Shown one piece after another: positions 58,927 through 64,000 of a DNA stretch of 64,000 nt. Under the pieces are notes generated by a model. That model ran no database searches. It was not told the origin of the DNA and saw only the letters and a list, made by a program, of their open reading frames with translations. The translations under genes and the position numbers were made by a program. Location: contig RGZB01000002.1 in NCBI GenBank assembly GCA_010031735.1, forward strand, positions 2,580 through 66,579, written 5' to 3'. This stretch comes from Pseudomonadota bacterium. GTDB taxonomy: Bacteria > Pseudomonadota > Alphaproteobacteria > Rickettsiales > RGZB01. Position 1 is the first letter of the stretch. Each line of letters begins with the position of its first letter.

Positions 58927-59949
58927 TTACAGCGACTTACGCGGATTGAACGCATCGCGCACCGCTTCGCCGATAAAAATGAGCAAGGTCAGGGTGATGG
59001 CAAGCAGGAAGAATCCCGAGATGCCAAGCCATGGCGCCTGCAGGTTCGATTTTCCCTGTGCGAGGAGTTCGCCGAGCGAAGCAGAGCCCGGAGGAAGCCC
59101 CAGCCCTAAGAAATCGAGCGAGGTGAGGGTGGTGATGGCGCCATTCAGGATGAACGGCAGGAACGTGAGCGAAGCGACGAAGGCATTCGGCAGGATATGG
59201 CGGAAGATGATGGTGCGTTCTTTGACGCCGAGGGCACGCGCGGCCTTCACATATTCGAGTTTACGCACTTTCAGGAACTCCGCACGCACGACACCAACGA
59301 GTGCCATCCACGAGAACAGCAGCATGATGAGGAGCAGCCAACCGACATTGGGCTCGACGAAACTGGCCAGGATAATCAGCATATAGAGAATCGGAAGTCC
59401 GCTCCAGACCTCGATCACACGCTGCAACACCAGGTCCACCCAACCGCCGAAATACCCTTGCAGTGCACCGGCAAAGATACCGATCACCGAACTGATGATG
59501 GTGAGCACGAGCCCGAATATCACCGACAGGCGGAAGCCGTAGATCAGGCGTGCCACTACATCGCGGCCCTGATCGTCGGTGCCGAGGATATTGGTGTGTG
59601 TGGGCGCGGAAGGTGCCACGGAGGGAAGATCGTAATTGATGGTGTTATAACTGAATTCGATGAGCGGCATCACCATCCAGCCCTTCTTCTGGATGAGTGC
59701 TTTGACGTACGGGTCGCGGTAGTCCGCTTCGGTCTCGAAATCGCCGCCGAACGTCGTTTCGGGATAGAACTTCCAGACCGGCATGTAAAGCCCGCCATCG
59801 TAGGAAACCAGAATCGGCTTATCGTTCGCGATGAATTCCGCGAAGAGGGAGAGGGTGAATACCAGGGTGAAGAAAACAAAGCTATAGAACCCGCGGCGAT
59901 TGGCGCGGAAAAGATGCAGGCGGCGGCGGGTAAGCGGCGATAGGGTCAA
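58927..59949 (-). CDS. yejE: Peptide ABC transporter permease (YejE-like)
   Basis: 340-aa, 6-TM ORF. It has the BPD-transporter EAA loop KLEYVKAARALGVKERTIIFRHILPN and the N-terminus RLHLFRANRRGFYSF typical of YejE. Confidence 0.86.
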   Translation of the reverse strand: MTLSPLTRRRLHLFRANRRGFYSFVFFTLVFTLSLFAEFIANDKPILVSYDGGLYMPVWKFYPETTFGGDFETEADYRDPYVKALIQKKGWMVMPLIEFSYNTINYDLPSVAPSAPTHTNILGTDDQGRDVVARLIYGFRLSVIFGLVLTIISSVIGIFAGALQGYFGGWVDLVLQRVIEVWSGLPILYMLIILASFVEPNVGWLLLIMLLFSWMALVGVVRAEFLKVRKLEYVKAARALGVKERTIIFRHILPNAFVASLTFLPFILNGAITTLTSLDFLGLGLPPGSASLGELLAQGKSNLQAPWLGISGFFLLAITLTLLIFIGEAVRDAFNPRKSL

Positions 59950-59951
59950 GG

Positions 59952-59966
59952 TTAACCAAATGTAAA
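59952..59966. promoter_or_regulatory. One-mismatch CtrA-type box (TTAA-N7-TAAA)
   Basis: TTAACCAAATGTAAA. It lies 60 nt upstream of the ATG at 60027. Confidence 0.25.
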
Positions 59967-60026
59967 TGTTTTGAGTATAAGATTAGATGTAGACGAATTG
60001 TTGCGTTGAACAAAGGAATTTTTGAC

Positions 60027-60878
60027 ATGGGCGGCCACAAGAAGCTCAAACAACAGATACTCGACATATTGGAGCGCACCACGGGCATCGAGTGGAGCGT
60101 GAAGAAGGATTATGTCCGTGTGGATGATGAATGGAAAAAAGAATTCGTCTTCACTCCTTCGAAAGCGTGTCGCTTTAAAGAGCCGTGGTTCGTGAACGGC
60201 TCGCCGGGCCTAGACAGCGTGACCGCAGAATCACAAACCTTCCACGACCAGCTTGCCGCAGTGCGGCAACCGCAATTCCATGCCAAAAAACCGGAAGGAT
60301 TACGCTGGCGACTCGATTTTACCTTCGAACACCCGGACGGGAATTATTTCGTGCCGCAGCTCTTGATACGTAAGGCAGAGCTATTCCGCCCCGATCAATC
60401 GACCATCGAAGGGCAGGCGTACCGTTACGGCAAGATCATCGCGCCGGTAGTGGCTGCCCTTTCGCCGATTAGCGTGAAGCGCAAACTCGAGAAAATGGCA
60501 TTGCCGGAAGGTGAGCGTCCGAACCATATGCTGACACTCGAAGAATTTGCAGAGGTGCTGGGCGTAAAGACAGGCAAAAAGATCGCACCGGAGCTGGAAG
60601 CACTCTGGGAAGAGATCGGGAGGGCCTACGCACTGGATGCGGATAACCCGCTCCTTCGGGAACAACCGATCGATTGTGAACCCTACAAACTCAAGAAACA
60701 TATGCATGAGATATGCGTATCGGAAGATGAGGTGGCACTGCTCCGGGGGATGTTAGGACAGGTGGCTACAGAGGCACCGGGTGCAAATGGTACCGGGAAT
60801 GGCAACAGCTATGTCGTTGATCTATTTGGCGATCCTGTGGATTCAGCGCCCAAGAAGAAGGGTAAGCGCAAACGCTGA
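60027..60878 (+). CDS. Hypothetical protein (ORFan) with a basic C-terminal tail
   Basis: The ORF track starts at the TTG at 60006. I prefer the ATG at 60027 (MGGHKKLKQQ...). It ends ...VDLFGDPVDSAPKKKGKRKR. No recognisable family. Confidence 0.58.
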   Translation: MGGHKKLKQQILDILERTTGIEWSVKKDYVRVDDEWKKEFVFTPSKACRFKEPWFVNGSPGLDSVTAESQTFHDQLAAVRQPQFHAKKPEGLRWRLDFTFEHPDGNYFVPQLLIRKAELFRPDQSTIEGQAYRYGKIIAPVVAALSPISVKRKLEKMALPEGERPNHMLTLEEFAEVLGVKTGKKIAPELEALWEEIGRAYALDADNPLLREQPIDCEPYKLKKHMHEICVSEDEVALLRGMLGQVATEAPGANGTGNGNSYVVDLFGDPVDSAPKKKGKRKR

Positions 60879-60947
60879 ATGACGGCCGTTTGTCATCAAA
60901 TTTTAACCTTGTTTCACTATCATTAGTTCTAGCCGTCCCAAGGGGCA

Positions 60948-61945
60948 TGGCATGTAAAAACGGTCAGAGACAAGGGATGACACCGGACAAAAAACCCATA
61001 CCCTGGAATGAGCGTCTGTTTTCCGATTGGAAAAAGAAGCATGTCTCTGCGGAAGCGAAAGATTACACGGTGCAGTATAAAGATGTCCCGGTAAGCGAAA
61101 CGCTCGCCGGATTCTCCGGACCCGTGCTGACCGGACCGTTACCAGAAGAACTTCCCATCCTATCCAAACGTCAGGTGCGCGAAGGAAGAATCAAACTGCC
61201 GCGCGATATCTGTACCCATGCGATGTCAGAGAGCGCGCGCGAGGTCGTGTTCATCTACCCGGTAAGCTTCCGCAATTTCGAACGTCTGAGCGCCCTTGAT
61301 CCAGAAAACCGCACCGAGGCAGAGCTGATGGGGCTGGATATCGGCGGCGGGTTGTTCTCGATGTATGAGGATACACGCGTGTTCGCAGAAAAACGCGGTC
61401 TTGTGGTTTCGACGATGCCGGTTTTCAAACTGACCGAGAATTCGAGCGTTGCAGCACAGATCGCACCCGTGCGGTTCTGGAGCCCGAAAGCGCCGTCCAA
61501 AGACGGACTCTTCGTCATCATGGATGATATCGTCGAGAAGGGTCGTACGGTCGCAGCTATCCATGCGCTCCTGAAAGAACACGGCATTCCCGACACTCAC
61601 ATATGCTGTATCTACACACGGCAGAAAGAAGAATACCAGCCGATCCACCTGACCGATGGCCAGAAACAGCAGATCGCGGAACTGAGAGCCGATGATCCAG
61701 AGGTTGCAGAACGTACCGATGTGGTGCTCGCACGCATAGGCATCAGTGGGATGGAAGCACTTTTCTGCAAGGAAGCGCGTTATCTCGGCATCGATGGTAA
61801 GGGCGCACCGGCAGCAGTCGATGCGGCCTTAGAGAGGGCGTATACCGAATCGATCGGCGCCATGCCTGCGATCCCGCATGTGAGCGAAGCCTACCTCGCA
61901 CGGATCGAACGTGCAGGCTATCTGCGCGGTAGCCGCAGCCGTTAG
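60948..61945 (+). CDS. Hypothetical protein with a type-I phosphoribosyltransferase-like PRPP-binding motif
   Basis: The ORF begins at 60890 and the start is uncertain (ATG at 60948 or 60977). [23 protein letters not shown] (about 61504-61570) has the same spacing as the PRTase loop (compare HGPRT VLIVEDIIDTGKT). It is preceded by ~200 aa that I cannot assign. Confidence 0.5.
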
Positions 61946-63066
61946 GCTTTTCCTAATTTCGCGAAATCGATACGCGGATCGACGATCGTGTAAAGGATGT
62001 CGCCGATCAGATTGAAGATCAGCCCCAAGAGCGTGAAGAAGAAGAGTGTGCCGAACATCACGGGATAGTCGCGGTTCATTGCTGCTTCAAAGCCGAGAAG
62101 CCCCAGACCATCGAGTGAGAAAATCACTTCGATCAGAAGAGAGCCGGTAAAAAGAATAGAGAGGAATGCTGCCGGGAAACCCGCGATCACGATCAGCATG
62201 GCGTTACGGAAGACATGGCCATAGAGCACCTGGCGCTCCGAACATCCTTTTGCGCGCGCGGTCAGCACATATTGTTTACCGATCTCCTCGATGAACGAAT
62301 TCTTCGTGAGCATCGTGAGCGAGGCGAAACCCCCGATCACCATGGCCACTATGGGCAGCACCAAGTGCCAGAAATAATCCGCGACCTTCATGAAGAGGCT
62401 CATCTCCGACCAGCCATCGGACGTGAGGCCGCGCAGCGGGAAGATGCTCACATAACTTCCACCCGCAAAGAGGATGATGAGCAGCACGGCAAAAAGGAAA
62501 CTCGGTATCGCGTAGCCGATGGTGATCGCGGTCGAGGTCCATACATCGAACGGCGTGCCATCGCGCACGGCTTTCTTGATGCCGAGCGGTATCGAGATGA
62601 TATAGATGAGGAGCGTGGTCCAAAGCCCCAGCGAGATCGACACCGGCATCTTCTCGAGCACCAGGCTCACGACGCTACGGCCTTTAAAAAAACTGTCGCC
62701 GAAATGGAAGGTCGCGTAATCCTTCATCATGATCCAGAAACGCTCATGCGCGGGTTTATCGAAGCCGTACATCTTCTCGATGGATTTGATCACATCCGGT
62801 TCCAAACCCTGCGCGCCACGGTATTTGCTGGGCGCATTGGAAGTGCTGTGTTGTTGGGGTTTCGGCGCCGCGAGCATGTCGCCGCCGCCACCCGCGAAGC
62901 GCTCGGTCGCACCCACGCCGGTGCCGGTGATCTGCGAGATCGCCTGCTCCACAGGGCCGCCAGGCGCGGCTTGCACGATGATGAAATTCACCAGCATGAT
63001 GCCGAACAGTGTCGGGATGATAAGCAATAAACGTTTGAGGATGTAGGCGAACATGCCTACAGGCAT
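61942..63066 (-). CDS. yejB: Peptide ABC transporter permease (YejB-like)
   Basis: 374-aa ORF. The N-terminus is [34 protein letters not shown]. It has a long periplasmic loop and the EAA loop [25 protein letters not shown]. Confidence 0.86.
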   Translation of the reverse strand: MPVGMFAYILKRLLLIIPTLFGIMLVNFIIVQAAPGGPVEQAISQITGTGVGATERFAGGGGDMLAAPKPQQHSTSNAPSKYRGAQGLEPDVIKSIEKMYGFDKPAHERFWIMMKDYATFHFGDSFFKGRSVVSLVLEKMPVSISLGLWTTLLIYIISIPLGIKKAVRDGTPFDVWTSTAITIGYAIPSFLFAVLLIILFAGGSYVSIFPLRGLTSDGWSEMSLFMKVADYFWHLVLPIVAMVIGGFASLTMLTKNSFIEEIGKQYVLTARAKGCSERQVLYGHVFRNAMLIVIAGFPAAFLSILFTGSLLIEVIFSLDGLGLLGFEAAMNRDYPVMFGTLFFFTLLGLIFNLIGDILYTIVDPRIDFAKLGKA

Positions 63067-63125
63067 AAAAGAATTTTTAGGAGTTAGCTAGAGGGAATAT
63101 GGAAATGCAGTAACGCAGTGCCGCG

Positions 63126-63314
63126 CTACATCGCAACGCCATTTTTGCTGGTGAGCATGCCAAGCGCACTGACGCTTTTGTGCCATGTACCTTCACCAAG
63201 GTTGCCATACAGCTGGCCCGAACCACGCGTCGCGGTATCACCCAGCATCTGCGACATGCGCATTGCTTCTAAACCGAGATTACTCGCGCCTTTATCTGCA
63301 TCGAACATTGCCAT
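63126..63314 (-). CDS. Small hypothetical protein (62 aa)
   Basis: The ATG at 63314 is preceded by AGGAG at 6 nt. The ORF-track start at 63320 is 2 codons upstream. The N-terminus MAMFDADKGASNLGL resembles that of the 57744-58247 protein. Confidence 0.4.
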   Translation of the reverse strand: MAMFDADKGASNLGLEAMRMSQMLGDTATRGSGQLYGNLGEGTWHKSVSALGMLTSKNGVAM

Positions 63315-63615
63315 AAGCACTCCTGTTATGCTTCTAATATACCAAATCTACGGGATACATGCAAGCGGGCCTCCGGAAAGGCACTGCCATTAAATATAGA
63401 TATATCAATGACTTACAAAGCTTAACCGGATTGTCATATTTGTTGGCGGAGATTCGATAGGGAAAAAGGCCATAAAAAAAGCGCTCCTGAAAAGCGCGTT
63501 CGAAAAAGTCATATAGAAAAATCGTCTTTAAGGGGAAGGACCACCACCCCAGGCGGGAATGGGGTGGTTTCCTTTTCATGACCTGCACGCCAAAAGCGCG
63601 TGCAGATCGCGATCA

Positions 63616-63996
63616 TCACTCTTTCGAGGCCTTCGTGATCGTCAGAATGGTATCACGTTCGGCGCGCCACTCCTTGAGGTACTCCTGCGCGCTGCGGTCC
63701 ACGGTTCCTTCTCGGTCTTCCCAACTCCACTGAATCGACAGGGGCTGGGACGAGCTGAAACTGCTTCCCTTCGGCATGCTGAGCACCACCACGGTGACGG
63801 TGTCCTTGACCACCACGGCTTCCACCGCGATGTCTCCACCCTTCTTGGGGCTGGAGAACGTGATCTTCGCACCACGAATCTTCGTCTCTCCGTCGTCCTC
63901 GATTTCCTTCTTGATCTTCGCGGCCGCGCCACCCTTCTTCGGGGCGGCCTTCGGCTCTTCGTCGTCGGCCTTCTTGTCCTTGGCCTTCGGCGTCAC
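63616..63996 (-). CDS. Hypothetical protein, basic low-complexity N-terminus; possibly 5'-truncated by the window edge
   Basis: 126-codon ORF starting at a GTG 4 nt from the window end, so the frame may continue upstream. It looks locally more GC-rich than its neighbours by eye. No recognisable family. Confidence 0.45.
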   Translation of the reverse strand: MTPKAKDKKADDEEPKAAPKKGGAAAKIKKEIEDDGETKIRGAKITFSSPKKGGDIAVEAVVVKDTVTVVVLSMPKGSSFSSSQPLSIQWSWEDREGTVDRSAQEYLKEWRAERDTILTITKASKE

Positions 63997-64000
63997 GTCC

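Overview
This is a 64-kb slice of an alphaproteobacterial chromosome, roughly mid-50s % GC by eye, that spans the replication origin. Core genes left of the origin are leuS, a DUF3576 lipoprotein, a porin, yggS, metX/metW, topA, dprA, plsY and hemJ-hemH-hemE. The origin itself (23302-23755) is marked by a cluster of DnaA boxes. To its right lie a DUF299/PpsR-like gene, aroE, coaE, dnaQ, secB, guaB, rho, an RTX protein, an MCP, mdh, sucCDAB-lpdA, a GT2, yejB/yejE/yejF, a PfkB kinase, an SDR plus folB, tRNA-Leu(UAA) and tRNA-Lys(UUU). I saw no rRNA, CRISPR array, transposase, integrase, prophage or recognisable defence genes. The main pattern is that almost every conserved gene neighbourhood is interrupted by ORFans I cannot assign to any family: metX|metW, plsY|dprA|topA, coaE|dnaQ, mdh|sucC|sucD, sucA|sucB and yejB|yejE|yejF. 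The independently transcribed ORFans and accessory genes each carry a perfect TTAA-N7-TTAA (CtrA-type) box 33-57 nt upstream of the start codon. There are nine perfect sites, all intergenic, plus two one-mismatch sites. I read this as a lineage-specific, probably cell-cycle or developmentally controlled ORFan regulon of unknown function. Other oddities are a clean 20-codon in-frame gap in guaB, a ~120-aa RGG/N-rich N-terminal extension on Rho, and basic K/S-rich N-terminal extensions on SecB and GuaB. There are also two paralogous small secreted proteins between sucC and sucD, a PRTase-like two-gene cassette inside the yej operon, and a coding-looking gap next to an A6 tract. All family calls come from reading the translations; no searches were run.
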